Source: Candidatus Zambryskibacteria bacterium RIFCSPLOWO2_02_FULL_51_21
Lineage (GTDB): Bacteria > Patescibacteriota > Minisyncoccia > Phycocordibacterales > Zambryskibacteraceae
Length of the DNA: 64,000 nt
Assembly: GCA_001824255.1 (NCBI GenBank)
Contig: MHWQ01000002.1
Span: 393,572-457,571 of the forward strand
Direction: 5' to 3'
Positions 19,894 to 30,453 of this stretch are shown here, piece by piece. The position numbers were made by a program, and so were the translations under genes. Within the stretch, counting starts at the first letter, position 1. Every line of letters starts with the position of its first letter. The notes under the pieces are model-generated. The model had not been told where the DNA came from. It made no database searches and saw only the letters and a program-made list of their open reading frames with translations.

Positions 19894-20394
19894 TTACCAG
19901 ATATGTTTTTGACTAGCAATATGAGTAATCCCCAGGGCTATGGCATCGAGCTCGTCATCCAGCTTCTTGGCTTTGTCTAGCTTTATTAGCTTTCTCACCA
20001 TACTCTCCACTTGTTTCTTATCAGCCTTACCGTAGCCGGTCACGGCGATTTTGACGGCCTGCGGAGAATATTCATACACCTTAAGTCCGGCCTTAGCTGC
20101 CTCGTATAAGGCCACCCCGCGCGCCTCCGCCACCCTAAGCGCATTGGTGGCGTTCTGGTTGAAGAAAAGCTGTTCTATCGCCAAAGCGTTTGGCTTCCAC
20201 TTCTTGATAATCGCTTCTATCGCGCAGCCGATTTCAAGCAGGCGCTCCTGGTGGGGGATTTTCCGGTTCGTCTCAACGCAACCGGAAAAAAGCACTTTCT
20301 CTCCTTCCACCACAGCAATTCCCAGGCGGTCGAAGCCGGGGTCTATCGCGGCAACTCTATTCCGCGTTGGTGTAGACTTCCTGGACTTCGTCAT
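19894..20394 (-). CDS. ruvC: Holliday junction resolvase RuvC
   Basis: IDPG, AIEQLFF, EARGV, GYGKADK.QV, DELDAIA; start uncertain. Confidence 0.93.
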   Translation of the reverse strand: MTKSRKSTPTRNRVAAIDPGFDRLGIAVVEGEKVLFSGCVETNRKIPHQERLLEIGCAIEAIIKKWKPNALAIEQLFFNQNATNALRVAEARGVALYEAAKAGLKVYEYSPQAVKIAVTGYGKADKKQVESMVRKLIKLDKAKKLDDELDAIALGITHIASQKHIW

Positions 20395-20889
20395 TATCTT
20401 CGAGTTCTTCGATTAATTTTTCTAATGCCTTTGAATCTTCCTCGGAAATTTTTACAGTCGTTGTGGGTTGTAAGTTGTTAGTTGTTGGTTCTCGTCTGAA
20501 TGCCCAGGCCGCCGAGCCGGGCGCCGCAAGCGAGAAGCCGTGCTGAGAAAGAATGAATTTTACTTCCTGGGCCGCCTTGTTTCGGTTTGAAGTGAGCGCC
20601 TCGATAATAAGGGCCGAGCCGCCTGGCCCGTAGGCTTCGTAAGTTATATGGTCAAGCTGTTCGGCTTCGGAGCCGGAACCTTTCTTAACCGCGCGCTCGA
20701 TGTTGTCTGCTGGCATGTTGTATTCGCGGGCTTTGTCTATGGCGGCGCGAAGCACGGGCGAATTGACATCGCCCTTAACCTGCCTTGATGCGGTCGAAAT
20801 GAGCCGGGCCATCTTCGAAAACATTTTTGACTTGGCCGCGTCGGTGCCTTCCTTCTTTCTCTTAATCTTAGACCATTTGTTGTGTCCGC

Positions 20890-20893
<4 letters not shown>
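20357..20893 (-). CDS. yebC: YebC/PmpR family protein, short form
   Basis: [34 protein letters not shown]. Confidence 0.95.
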
Positions 20894-21914
<1,021 letters not shown>

Positions 21915-21921
<7 letters not shown>

Positions 21922-21943
21922 AAAAAACTTTATGTGCTAGACT
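21915..21943 (+). promoter_or_regulatory. Near-consensus sigma70 promoter pointing away from ruvB into the intergenic hairpin
   Basis: TTGACA 21915-20, 17-nt spacer, TGc-TAGACT 21935-43. Confidence 0.5.
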
Positions 21944-21947
21944 TGGT

Positions 21948-22120
21948 CCTGAATCTGATGGTATCAGATTCAGAGTTCCAGCCCATAAATCTCTAAGCAA
22001 CGGACAATTTTCTAAGGACATTCTGGCAATCTTTACGATTACTGGAGTTATCCTCGAGAAAGTCGTTTGGCTTTTGCTTAGAGATTTATAGGCTTGAGCG
22101 TCTGGCATCATTATTCACGG
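21948..22120. ncRNA. Candidate structured RNA or long inverted-repeat element
   Basis: 20/21-bp inverted repeat 21980-22000 / 22074-22094 with further inner and outer pairing. Confidence 0.45.
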
Positions 22121-22126
22121 TTCTTC

Positions 22127-23803
22127 TCAAACGGCAAGGTCGACAACCCGGCTTAATTCTTCCATACTGGTTACCCCTTTCAGAACCTTGATGACGCCGT
22201 CCTGGGCGAGGGTAAGCATCTTCTGCGGTTTGGCCGCTTCACGGATATCCCGCTCGGAAGGATTTTTTATAACCGCTTTTTCTATCTCGGCGTCTATGAG
22301 AATGGCTTCGTAGACGCCGATACGGCCCTTGTAGCCGAGGCCGTTGCATTCCGGGCAACCGACGGGCGTCCAGTTCTTGTCCTTCTGTACTCCTTCAAGA
22401 TAAATTTTGTCGCTGATTTCCGAAAGAATTTTCTCGACCTTTTCCTTATCGGCTCCTTCAAGCAGCGACTCTTTTTTGCATGATTGGCAGAGCGTTCTCA
22501 CCAGGCGCTGGGCAATGGAGACATTAAGCGCCGAGCTCACGACTTTCGGATTCACGCCGAGGTCGAGGAGGCGGGGGAAGGAGCCCGCCGCGTTATTGGT
22601 GTGGAGGGTTGATAGCACCAGGTGGCCGGTGAGAGCGGCATTTACCGCCACTCCGGCCGTTTCGTCGTCGCGAATTTCTCCCACCATGATGACGTCGGGG
22701 TCTTGGCGCAAGGCGCTTCGCAAACCCTCGGCGAAGGTGTAGCCCTTATCCGGTTCGGTCTGAGTCTGGACGATGCCGGGCAAGTGATACTCGATGGGAT
22801 TCTCGATGGTGATTACTTTGATTTCCGGATTGTAAATTCTTTTGAGGAAAGCATAGAGGGTGGTGGTCTTGCCGGAGCCGGTGGGGCCGGTGGTAAGAAT
22901 CATGCCATTGGGCTTCTTTACTTCCTTGTTTAAAATTTCGAGCAATTTCGGATGAATGCCGAGCTTGTCGAGCTCGACGGCGATGGCATCCGGGTTCAGC
23001 ACGCGGAGAACCACCGATTCGCCGTAAGGGCCGGGCAGAAGGGATGTTCGCACCTCTATCTCGACCTCCGCGAGCTTGATGGAGAAGCGGCCGTCCTGGG
23101 CTTTCTCCTTCAGATTAAGCTTCAATTCGCTTACCAATTTTATTCTCGAGAGCAGAAGTTCGTAAGTCTCTTTGTCGAAACGCAGGATGTCGGTCAGAAC
23201 GCCGTCGAGCCGGTAGCGCAAACGGATGCTCTCCTCCTCCGGTTCCAGGTGGACATCGGAGGCCTTGAGAGAAATCGCGCCGGCGAGAAGTATTTCCAGA
23301 ATTTTGGAAATGCGGTAAGCTCGCTTGAGCGAAAGCACGCTCTCAATCATGGATTTGATATCGGAAAGAGCGCGAACCTTCCTCGTCACCTCGATGATTT
23401 CATCATTTGAGATATCCAGAGCGCCAGATTTTGTTTCGAAAGAATAAGAGAGGTCTTTGTAACGGTCCCAGACCCTCTCGAGACTCTGGTGAGAGGCCAT
23501 GAATATTTCGGGTAGGTAGCCGCGCCGCTTAAGGTCCTCGATGGCCTCAGTGGTTTTCTCGTTTTGGGGCGAGAGGACGGCGATATCAATCTTCTTGTCC
23601 GTGGCGTTGAAGACCGCGAGCCCCGCGGCGCGCGCTTCCGTCTCCTTTATGACCCTAAGCGAGTCGAGGTCTATAGGGTGGATGGACAAGTCTATGTAAG
23701 GGACACCGTGGCGCTCGGCGAGCGCTGCGGCCAGATCCTCCTCTTCTTTCTCCCGCAGAAGTCGCACGCTCTCCTCCTGCTTTTCCTCATCGAATGTAAC
23801 CAT
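22127..23803 (-). CDS. GspE/PilB family pilus assembly ATPase
   Basis: ASDVHLEP, QDGRF, GPTGSGKTT, LRQDPD, GEIRD, TGHLVLSTLH, two CxxC. Confidence 0.93.
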   Translation of the reverse strand: MVTFDEEKQEESVRLLREKEEEDLAAALAERHGVPYIDLSIHPIDLDSLRVIKETEARAAGLAVFNATDKKIDIAVLSPQNEKTTEAIEDLKRRGYLPEIFMASHQSLERVWDRYKDLSYSFETKSGALDISNDEIIEVTRKVRALSDIKSMIESVLSLKRAYRISKILEILLAGAISLKASDVHLEPEEESIRLRYRLDGVLTDILRFDKETYELLLSRIKLVSELKLNLKEKAQDGRFSIKLAEVEIEVRTSLLPGPYGESVVLRVLNPDAIAVELDKLGIHPKLLEILNKEVKKPNGMILTTGPTGSGKTTTLYAFLKRIYNPEIKVITIENPIEYHLPGIVQTQTEPDKGYTFAEGLRSALRQDPDVIMVGEIRDDETAGVAVNAALTGHLVLSTLHTNNAAGSFPRLLDLGVNPKVVSSALNVSIAQRLVRTLCQSCKKESLLEGADKEKVEKILSEISDKIYLEGVQKDKNWTPVGCPECNGLGYKGRIGVYEAILIDAEIEKAVIKNPSERDIREAAKPQKMLTLAQDGVIKVLKGVTSMEELSRVVDLAV

Positions 23804-23850
23804 TTGCTCTATTGTACCTTATTATTGTAAGGTTAAAAAAGGAGGCAGTT

Positions 23851-24219
23851 ATGCATAGATTGGCGGTTGCGGCGCTTGCCGCCCTCCTGGCGACAGGTTG
23901 TGCGGTTAAGGGGAGGAAGTTTTACTTCACCCCAGTAGCTGAAGTTGCGGTCATAAACGACTGCCGAGGTGCGGCCACCCTCATCGTCGAGTCAATCGAC
24001 GAAGTGGTGGCCCGCCTCGGCTACGGCGAGCGAGGGCGGGTGATCCTGCCGCGGCCTTATGGAGGAAGCGACGGTCAGATGATACTCACTGTCCGGGGGC
24101 AAAGTATCACCGGCATCTATCTCGGCTCGGACAGCCGGACGTTCTATGTTTACGACCGTTCCCGCCAGGAAGTCTGGCAGGTGCGGTATCTCACGGGAGG
24201 GGCGGGCTGCAGGCGCTAA
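23851..24219 (+). CDS. Putative lipoprotein
   Basis: GGAGG SD before ATG 23851; lipobox-like LATGC. Confidence 0.65.
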   Translation: MHRLAVAALAALLATGCAVKGRKFYFTPVAEVAVINDCRGAATLIVESIDEVVARLGYGERGRVILPRPYGGSDGQMILTVRGQSITGIYLGSDSRTFYVYDRSRQEVWQVRYLTGGAGCRR

Positions 24220-24248
24220 GGGCGGGCGATTCAATCGCCCGCCCTTTA
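24218..24248. terminator. GC-rich hairpin, probable terminator
   Basis: AAGGGCGGGCGAT-TCA-ATCGCCCGCCCTT, 13-bp stem right after the stop codon. Confidence 0.7.
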
Positions 24249-24263
24249 TGTATAATACGGGGC

Positions 24264-24593
24264 ATGAAAGCCACCGTCGTAGCGCTACAGGGGGAACTCG
24301 GCTCGGGCAAGACCACTTTTGCCCAGGCGTTCGGTAAGGTCATGGGGGTAAGGGAATTCATGCCCTCTCCCACGTTTGTAATCATGAAAGTTTACGATAT
24401 AGATTTCCACGGATTTAAAAAACTGATTCACATAGACGCTTACCGTCTGGAGAAAGAGGAAGAGCTCCTGAATCTCGGCTGGGCGAAGATTGCCGAAGAG
24501 CCGGAGAACCTGATTCTTATCGAGTGGCCGGAGAACGTCGAAGGATTGATACCCAAAGACGCGAAAAGAATCCAATTCAAACATGAAAGATAA
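24264..24593 (+). CDS. tsaE: t6A biosynthesis ATPase TsaE
   Basis: GELGSGKTT, SPTF, HIDAYRL, IEW. Confidence 0.95.
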   Translation: MKATVVALQGELGSGKTTFAQAFGKVMGVREFMPSPTFVIMKVYDIDFHGFKKLIHIDAYRLEKEEELLNLGWAKIAEEPENLILIEWPENVEGLIPKDAKRIQFKHER

Positions 24594-26940
24594 GAAGCGC
24601 TTAATTCTTCTCGATTCCCACGCGATTATCCACCGCGCTTATCACGCGCTGCCGGAATTCAGCGCCTCATCGACTGGCGAGCCAACGGGCGCTCTTTACG
24701 GTTTAGTAGCTATGCTGATAAAAATTGTGAATGAATTGAAGCCGGACTACATCGTGGCCGCTTTCGACGAATCGGGGCCGACCTTCCGGCACGAAGCGGC
24801 GGCGAGTTATAAGGCGGGCCGCAAGGAAAATGAAGCAAACCTGAATCTTCAGCTCGAGCGGGCGAGAGACATTTTCAAAGTCTTTGGCATACCGGTTTAT
24901 TCGCTGCAGGGATTCGAAGCCGACGATATCATCGGTACTATCGTTCATAAATTGAAAATTGAAAATTCTAAATTGGAAATTGTAATTGCTTCCGGCGACA
25001 TGGATACCATGCAGCTTGTAGAAGATAGGAAGGTAATGGTCTACACACTCAAAAAAGGGCTCAACGACACCATTCTTTACGATGAGAAAAAGGTGGTCGA
25101 GAGATTTGGCTTCGAACCGAAGAAACTTATCGATTACAAAGGTCTTCGCGGCGACCCATCGGACAATATCGTTGGTGTAAAGGGAATAGGAGAGAAGGGC
25201 GCGACGTCCTTAATTCAAGAATTCGGCACGATTGAAAATATTTATAAAAACATCAAGAAGGTGAAGCCAGAGAGACTGAAAAAACTTCTGGAGGAAGGAG
25301 AAGAAGAGGCGCTTTTCTCGAAAACGCTTGCCACCATACGTCCAGACGCGCCGATTGATTTCAAATTGCCGAAAGTGTGGAGAGAAAATTTCAAACTAGA
25401 TGACGTGCTCGAACTTTTCAAAACTCTCGGCTTCAGAACTTTGAGCGAGAGAGTGAAGAAGCTGGGCGGTTCCGCGGAAGAATCTTTCAAAAAGCTTTCT
25501 GGTGTCGCCTCTGGCGAGCATGGCCAGGCTGTTTTTCAGGATTCTTCCGCTGCGCCGCTATGTTTGGCACTTTGGGTTATAGATTCAAATATTACCGCAC
25601 CGACGGTTGAAGATGTACTGGATTTTACCAAAGCAAAAGATTTGAAAGAAGCGAAAAAAGTCATCGAAGCGGAGCTTGATAAGAGAAAGGTTAGAAAAGT
25701 TTTCGAAGAAATAGAGAAACCCCTCATTCCTATTGTCGAGAAGATGAACAAAACGGGCATTAAGGTAGACAAAAAAATTCTCGCCGGCCTGGCGGGCAAG
25801 TATCACAAAGAACTTTCCCGTCTGGAGAAGGAAATTTGGAAAGAGGCCGGAGAAGAATTCAATATCAATTCGACCAAGGTTCTCGGCAATATCCTCTTTA
25901 CCAAACTTGCTCTTGCCGGCACGCGGCAGAAGAAAACGCCCGGTGGCGCTCTCTCGACCAGGGAATCCGAGCTTGAGAAGCTCCGCGAGAAGCACAAGAT
26001 TATCGGGCTTATCCTCGATTACCGCGAGCTCTCGAAACTCCTCTCCACTTACATCGACGCCATACCGCCTCTTCTCGACAAGAATTCACGTCTGCACTCA
26101 ACCTTCCTCCAAAACGGCGCCGTCACCGGCAGAATGGCTTCAAACAATCCCAACCTTCAGAATATTCCCAATAAAACCGAGCTTGGCCGGGCTATACGGC
26201 ATGCTTTTATCGCTGAGAAAGGATTTAAGCTCGTTTCTCTCGATTACTCGCAGATAGAGCTCCGCCTAGCGGCCGTCCTTTCTGGCGACCAGAAGCTTAT
26301 CGAGATATTCAAGAAGGGCGAGGATGTTCATGCCGGTGTCGCCTCAAGGGTTTTCAAGGTGAAGCCGGAGGAAGTGGATAAGGCCATGCGCATCAAGGCG
26401 AAGACTATAAACTTCGGCATCCTTTACGGCATGGGGGTGACCGCTTTGCAGAAAAATCTCGGCACCGACAGAAAGGAGGCGCAGGAGTTTTACAATAAAT
26501 ATTTCAGCACTTTCACCGGCCTCGCGGCTTATCTCGACAAGGTCAAGGCCGAGGCGGAGCGCAAGGGGTACACGGAAACTATGTTTGGCCGAAGGCGCTA
26601 CTTCACCGGCTTCCGCTCGCCCCTGCCTTACATCCGCGCTCAGGCCGAGAGGATGGCTATCAACGCGCCGCTCCAGGGTACGCAGGCCGATATCATCAAG
26701 ATTGCCATGAAGAAAATCGATGATTATATAAAGAGGAATGGCGAAAGCGGCAAGGTGAGGCTGCTTCTCCAGGTCCACGACGAGCTGGTGTTTGAAGTTT
26801 CTGAAGAACTGGTAGAGGAGGCGGCCAAAAATTTCAAGAAAATCATGGAGACGGTCATCCCGGAGAGCGAACTTAAGGACGTACCTGTCGTCGCCGAAGC
26901 GCACGCAGGTGATAATTGGGGAGAAATGCAAAAGATATGA
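24583..26940 (+). CDS. polA: DNA polymerase I (5'-3' exonuclease plus polymerase; proofreading domain largely absent)
   Basis: EADDIIGT, GDPSDNI.GV.GIG, DYSQIELR, K.INFG..YG, QVHDE. Confidence 0.97.
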   Translation: MKDKKRLILLDSHAIIHRAYHALPEFSASSTGEPTGALYGLVAMLIKIVNELKPDYIVAAFDESGPTFRHEAAASYKAGRKENEANLNLQLERARDIFKVFGIPVYSLQGFEADDIIGTIVHKLKIENSKLEIVIASGDMDTMQLVEDRKVMVYTLKKGLNDTILYDEKKVVERFGFEPKKLIDYKGLRGDPSDNIVGVKGIGEKGATSLIQEFGTIENIYKNIKKVKPERLKKLLEEGEEEALFSKTLATIRPDAPIDFKLPKVWRENFKLDDVLELFKTLGFRTLSERVKKLGGSAEESFKKLSGVASGEHGQAVFQDSSAAPLCLALWVIDSNITAPTVEDVLDFTKAKDLKEAKKVIEAELDKRKVRKVFEEIEKPLIPIVEKMNKTGIKVDKKILAGLAGKYHKELSRLEKEIWKEAGEEFNINSTKVLGNILFTKLALAGTRQKKTPGGALSTRESELEKLREKHKIIGLILDYRELSKLLSTYIDAIPPLLDKNSRLHSTFLQNGAVTGRMASNNPNLQNIPNKTELGRAIRHAFIAEKGFKLVSLDYSQIELRLAAVLSGDQKLIEIFKKGEDVHAGVASRVFKVKPEEVDKAMRIKAKTINFGILYGMGVTALQKNLGTDRKEAQEFYNKYFSTFTGLAAYLDKVKAEAERKGYTETMFGRRRYFTGFRSPLPYIRAQAERMAINAPLQGTQADIIKIAMKKIDDYIKRNGESGKVRLLLQVHDELVFEVSEELVEEAAKNFKKIMETVIPESELKDVPVVAEAHAGDNWGEMQKI

Positions 26941-27353
26941 AAAATTTATTCGGAGAACAGGTAGCGGAAGAAGAAATTTTAGAAGAAAAACCTTTAGAGA
27001 AATCTTCCTCCACTTTTAATATCTTCGCACTGACTGATGCGATTGGCGGGCGTAACAAGAGAGAAGCCTGGATGCTTTATAGAAAAGCACTTGCTTCCGG
27101 ACAGGTGCCTGAAGAAATTTTCTATCGGATATTCTGGCAGGTAAAGACCATGCTCCTCGCTGGTTGCACTAAGTCAGCCGAAGAAGCCGACATGAAGCCA
27201 TTTCCATACAGCAAGGCAAAATCTTTTCTCAAAAACTTCAAACCCAATGAGCTGGAGAAGCTATCCGAAGCTTTGGTCGTCGGCTACCACCAAGCCAGGA
27301 GGGGAGAAGAGGAAATCGAAACCTTCATCGAGAAGACAATTCTAAGTCTGTAA
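26937..27353 (+). CDS. DNA polymerase III delta subunit C-terminal-domain-like protein
   Basis: NIFALTDAI, IFWQVK, PFPYSK pattern; no AAA+ domains. Confidence 0.6.
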   Translation: MKNLFGEQVAEEEILEEKPLEKSSSTFNIFALTDAIGGRNKREAWMLYRKALASGQVPEEIFYRIFWQVKTMLLAGCTKSAEEADMKPFPYSKAKSFLKNFKPNELEKLSEALVVGYHQARRGEEEIETFIEKTILSL

Positions 27354-28136
27354 TTCGTAAGCCTCAAGGAGATTTTGGAAAAGAGAGGCGACGGTCATGG
27401 GACCGACGCCGCCGGGGACGGGGGAAATGGCGCGAACTTTCTTTGAAACATTCTTGAAGTCCACATCGCCGACCAGTTTCTCATTCCCGAGAATATTTAT
27501 GCCCACATCTATCACAATCTGATCTCTCGAAACGTGATTCTTGGTAATCAATTCCGGCGAGCCGGCCGCGACGACGAGAATTTCCGCTTGTTTCGTTTCT
27601 CTCTTCAAATCTTTTGTCTGTTTGTGGCAGATTGTGACGGTAGCTTCTCTCTCGAGGAGAGCCAGAGCTATCGGTTTGCCTACAAGCTCAGAGCGGCCGA
27701 CTACAACGGCCTTCTTTCCCGTGATTTTTATTCTGTATTTATCGAGAAGCGCCAGAACTCCCTTCGCCGTTGCGGGCCTGAAATACTTTCCGCCGTCCAC
27801 CCTTTTCTCTTCCGCAATCAATCCTAGGATATTTTGCAAATGTTTCGGCAGAGGCAGCTGGACGATGATGCCATGGACAGAAGAACTTTTGTTGAATTTC
27901 GAAATTTCCGAAATCAGTCTTTGTTCCAGGACGTTTCCCGGGTATTTCTTGTGCTCGACAATCGCACCGATTTTCTCGCCGAAAATCTTTTTGCGCTTTA
28001 TATACTTGTCTGATTCCGGCACGCTGCCGACCTGAACAATAACAAGCTTTGGCTTATGTTTAAGCCGCTTAATCTGCCTCGCCAGGCGGGCCACAATTTC
28101 CGCGTTTAATTTCCTACCGTCTAGAATTATTGTCAT
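27342..28136 (-). CDS. folD: Methylenetetrahydrofolate dehydrogenase/cyclohydrolase
   Basis: ILDG, GIIVQLPLP, GRS.LVGKP, DVGIN, PVPGGVGPMT. Confidence 0.95.
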   Translation of the reverse strand: MTIILDGRKLNAEIVARLARQIKRLKHKPKLVIVQVGSVPESDKYIKRKKIFGEKIGAIVEHKKYPGNVLEQRLISEISKFNKSSSVHGIIVQLPLPKHLQNILGLIAEEKRVDGGKYFRPATAKGVLALLDKYRIKITGKKAVVVGRSELVGKPIALALLEREATVTICHKQTKDLKRETKQAEILVVAAGSPELITKNHVSRDQIVIDVGINILGNEKLVGDVDFKNVSKKVRAISPVPGGVGPMTVASLFQNLLEAYELQT

Positions 28137-28163
28137 GTTTGAGGTATATTTTGGAAGCATTTT

Positions 28164-28236
28164 GCGCCCATAGCTCAGTCGGTAGAGCAGGTCCCTTTTA
28201 AGGACAAGGTCGTTGGTTCGATCCCAACTGGGCGCA
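28164..28236 (+). tRNA. tRNA-Lys(TTT)
   Basis: GCGCCCA/TGGGCGC acceptor stem, loop CTTTTAA, GGTTCGATCCC. Confidence 0.93.
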
Positions 28237-28247
28237 CATTACAACTT

Positions 28248-28652
28248 TTACAGCGGGATGTCGAAAGCGTAGGCCCCGGCGCCGGTGAGGAGGAGAGAAA
28301 TTGAGATTACGAAGAGCAGGAGGTAGAAAGTGATGTCGCGCTTGAGCACCTCCCGCATACTCAGCTCAATGCCAAGCTCAATACCGGTTAGTATTGCGAA
28401 GGCGAGCGCCGCCACTTGCGTCCAGAGGCCGATGAGGAGGAGAAGACCTCCAGCAATCTGAATTATGCCGTAGACCGCCACGAATAAGTCTGCGGGCCTG
28501 AGATACAGAGCCTCAAAGGAGGTTATCCATCTCTGTTTCTCGCTTCGAAACTTAAGAAAGCCGAGGTCTATGAATATGAGCCCCAAGACAAGCCTTAGGA
28601 ACAATGGCGCGAGAATCGAATAGGCGAGCAGGTCTGGGAATGGATTAAGCAT
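28248..28652 (-). CDS. DoxX family membrane protein
   Basis: LRLVLG, GGLLLLIGLWT, GAGAYAFD. Confidence 0.85.
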   Translation of the reverse strand: MLNPFPDLLAYSILAPLFLRLVLGLIFIDLGFLKFRSEKQRWITSFEALYLRPADLFVAVYGIIQIAGGLLLLIGLWTQVAALAFAILTGIELGIELSMREVLKRDITFYLLLFVISISLLLTGAGAYAFDIPL

Positions 28653-28667
28653 GTAATTATTTTAGCA

Positions 28668-29522
28668 TTATTTAAAAAGTTTTTGATGAATGGGGCAAAA
28701 ATGCGCGGAGCGCTCGCCTACCACAATTCTTTTAATAACGCCGCCGTCGTTTTTTCCACAGGATTTTCCCGTGCGTCTGTAAGCTCGGTGGTGGTCTTGG
28801 AACTTTCCGCGCTCTCCCTTAATATTCCTATAATCCGACATCGAGTCTCCGCCGAAGTTGATTCCTGCTTTCAAAACTTCTTTCATCGCGGCAAACATCG
28901 GTTTCATATTCTTGAGCGGAATTTTTCCAACCAAGGAAGTCGGATGTACTCCCGCACGCCACAAAATTTCGTCTGAATAAATATTGCCGATGCCCGCAAT
29001 AAGCGACTGGTCCATGAGAGCTTGCTTGATTTTCGCCTTCGGGCGCTTATGTAATTGAGAATTGAAAATTGAGAATTGAAAATTTTTCTCCAGCGGTTCT
29101 GGACCCAGATGCTCAAGATGGAAACTTTTCTCCAGTTCGCTTGTTTTGGCGAGAGTTACTTTCGCAAACTTTCGGATATCGGAAAGCGCAAGCTCTTTGC
29201 CATTGTCCAGTTTGAATATAAGACGGACATAAGGGTAATCCGGCCGGTCATAGACGAAGTGTCCGGTCATCTTCATATGGACGATTATCGTATAACCGTT
29301 CGAAAGATGGATTAAAACATTTTTTGCCCGCCTTTCGGCTTTCAAAATTTTTTGCCCCGTGACGAGTCTCTTGAATTTTTTAAAGAAGGCCGGGTCTTTG
29401 ATATTGTCTTTGCCCGCGTGGTAAGCGCTCTTGTAAGTAGTCGAAACGCTTTTTACAGCACGGCCTTTTACAGTTTTGTTTAATCCGTTAACTGTTGTTT
29501 GAACCTCGGGCAGTTCAGGCAT
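28668..29522 (-). CDS. mutM: Formamidopyrimidine-DNA glycosylase
   Basis: MPELPEV, HMKMTG, D.RKF, LGPEP, GIGNIY.DE, C-terminal zinc-finger region. Confidence 0.96.
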   Translation of the reverse strand: MPELPEVQTTVNGLNKTVKGRAVKSVSTTYKSAYHAGKDNIKDPAFFKKFKRLVTGQKILKAERRAKNVLIHLSNGYTIIVHMKMTGHFVYDRPDYPYVRLIFKLDNGKELALSDIRKFAKVTLAKTSELEKSFHLEHLGPEPLEKNFQFSIFNSQLHKRPKAKIKQALMDQSLIAGIGNIYSDEILWRAGVHPTSLVGKIPLKNMKPMFAAMKEVLKAGINFGGDSMSDYRNIKGERGKFQDHHRAYRRTGKSCGKNDGGVIKRIVVGERSAHFCPIHQKLFK

Positions 29523-30084
29523 TTAAGTTTTTAAGCGCGGCCTTGACGCGTTCACTGGCGCCCTTCACCTCCTTCGGTACATGCTTGAGCGCTTCGCGTG
29601 CGTCGCGCTCGCTATAGCCGAGAGAGACCAGAGCTTCGAGAGCGTCACCCTCGGTGCGAGTATCAATGCCCTTGTCGGCGTCGCTTACCTTGAGCTTATC
29701 TTTGAGCTCAAGCACTATTTTCTCGGCGTTTTTCCTGCCAATACCCGACACCTTGGTGAGGTAGGAGGTATCGCCGGAAGCGACCGCCTGCCGGAGCATG
29801 GCAGGAGTGGCGACGTTAAGAATGCCTAGGGCGGTCTTCGGCCCAATGCCCGAAATGGTGATGAGAAGCTCGAAAACCCCGAGATTTTCCAGGTTACTGA
29901 AGCCGTATAGGTCGAGCGAGTTTTCCCGCACGGCAAGGTGGGTCCAGAGGAATATAGAGGAAGAAGGGGATGCTTCAAGAGCGGTGTCTGTCGTTACCGC
30001 AACGCGGTAACCCACGCCACCAACGTCAATCACGATGTAATGCAAATCCTTATGGCGAACCGTGCCGGAAAGGCTTGAAATCAT
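29515..30084 (-). CDS. ruvA: Holliday junction binding protein RuvA
   Basis: GGVGY, LYGF, ISGIGPKTA, GIGRK.AEKI..EL, ALVSLGY. Confidence 0.96.
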   Translation of the reverse strand: MISSLSGTVRHKDLHYIVIDVGGVGYRVAVTTDTALEASPSSSIFLWTHLAVRENSLDLYGFSNLENLGVFELLITISGIGPKTALGILNVATPAMLRQAVASGDTSYLTKVSGIGRKNAEKIVLELKDKLKVSDADKGIDTRTEGDALEALVSLGYSERDAREALKHVPKEVKGASERVKAALKNLNA

Positions 30085-30110
30085 ACATTAACTAGTGTAG
30101 CATCTCCCCA

Positions 30111-30374
30111 ATGGCTATAACACGAGGAGCTAAGAAGGCCCATAGAGCGTCCTTAAAGAAGCGCGTTTTCAACCAGCGCCGGAAGGATGCCGCGGCCAAG
30201 GCCGTAAAATCTCTGAAGAAGCTTGTCGCTGCCGGAGACAAGAAAGCCGCCTCGGCTCTCGTCTCTTCCGTCCAGAAAGCGCTCGACAAGGCCGTCAAGA
30301 CACACGCTCTCGACAGAAATACCGCTTCGCGCAAGCTCTCCCGCCTTTCTAAACTCGTAAAGAAACTCGCGTAG
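30111..30374 (+). CDS. rpsT: 30S ribosomal protein S20
   Basis: AKKA.R.S.K...N, DKAVK, N.ASRK.SRL. Confidence 0.95.
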   Translation: MAITRGAKKAHRASLKKRVFNQRRKDAAAKAVKSLKKLVAAGDKKAASALVSSVQKALDKAVKTHALDRNTASRKLSRLSKLVKKLA

Positions 30375-30376
30375 TG

Positions 30377-30448
30377 TGCTCCCAGTAGGAATCGAACCTA
30401 CATCGTATCCTCCGCAAGGATATATCCTATCCATTGAACGATGGGAGC
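30377..30448 (-). tRNA. tRNA-Arg(GCG)
   Basis: GCTCCCA/TGGGAGC stem; anticodon arm TATCC-TTGCGGA-GGATA; GGTTCGATTCC. Confidence 0.9.
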
Positions 30449-30453
30449 GGAAT

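Noticed and set aside
20340-20394. ruvC lacks a Met just before RVAAIDPG (possible 1-nt deletion)
   Set aside because: An in-frame ATG 13 codons upstream gives an intact protein; pseudogene call not justified
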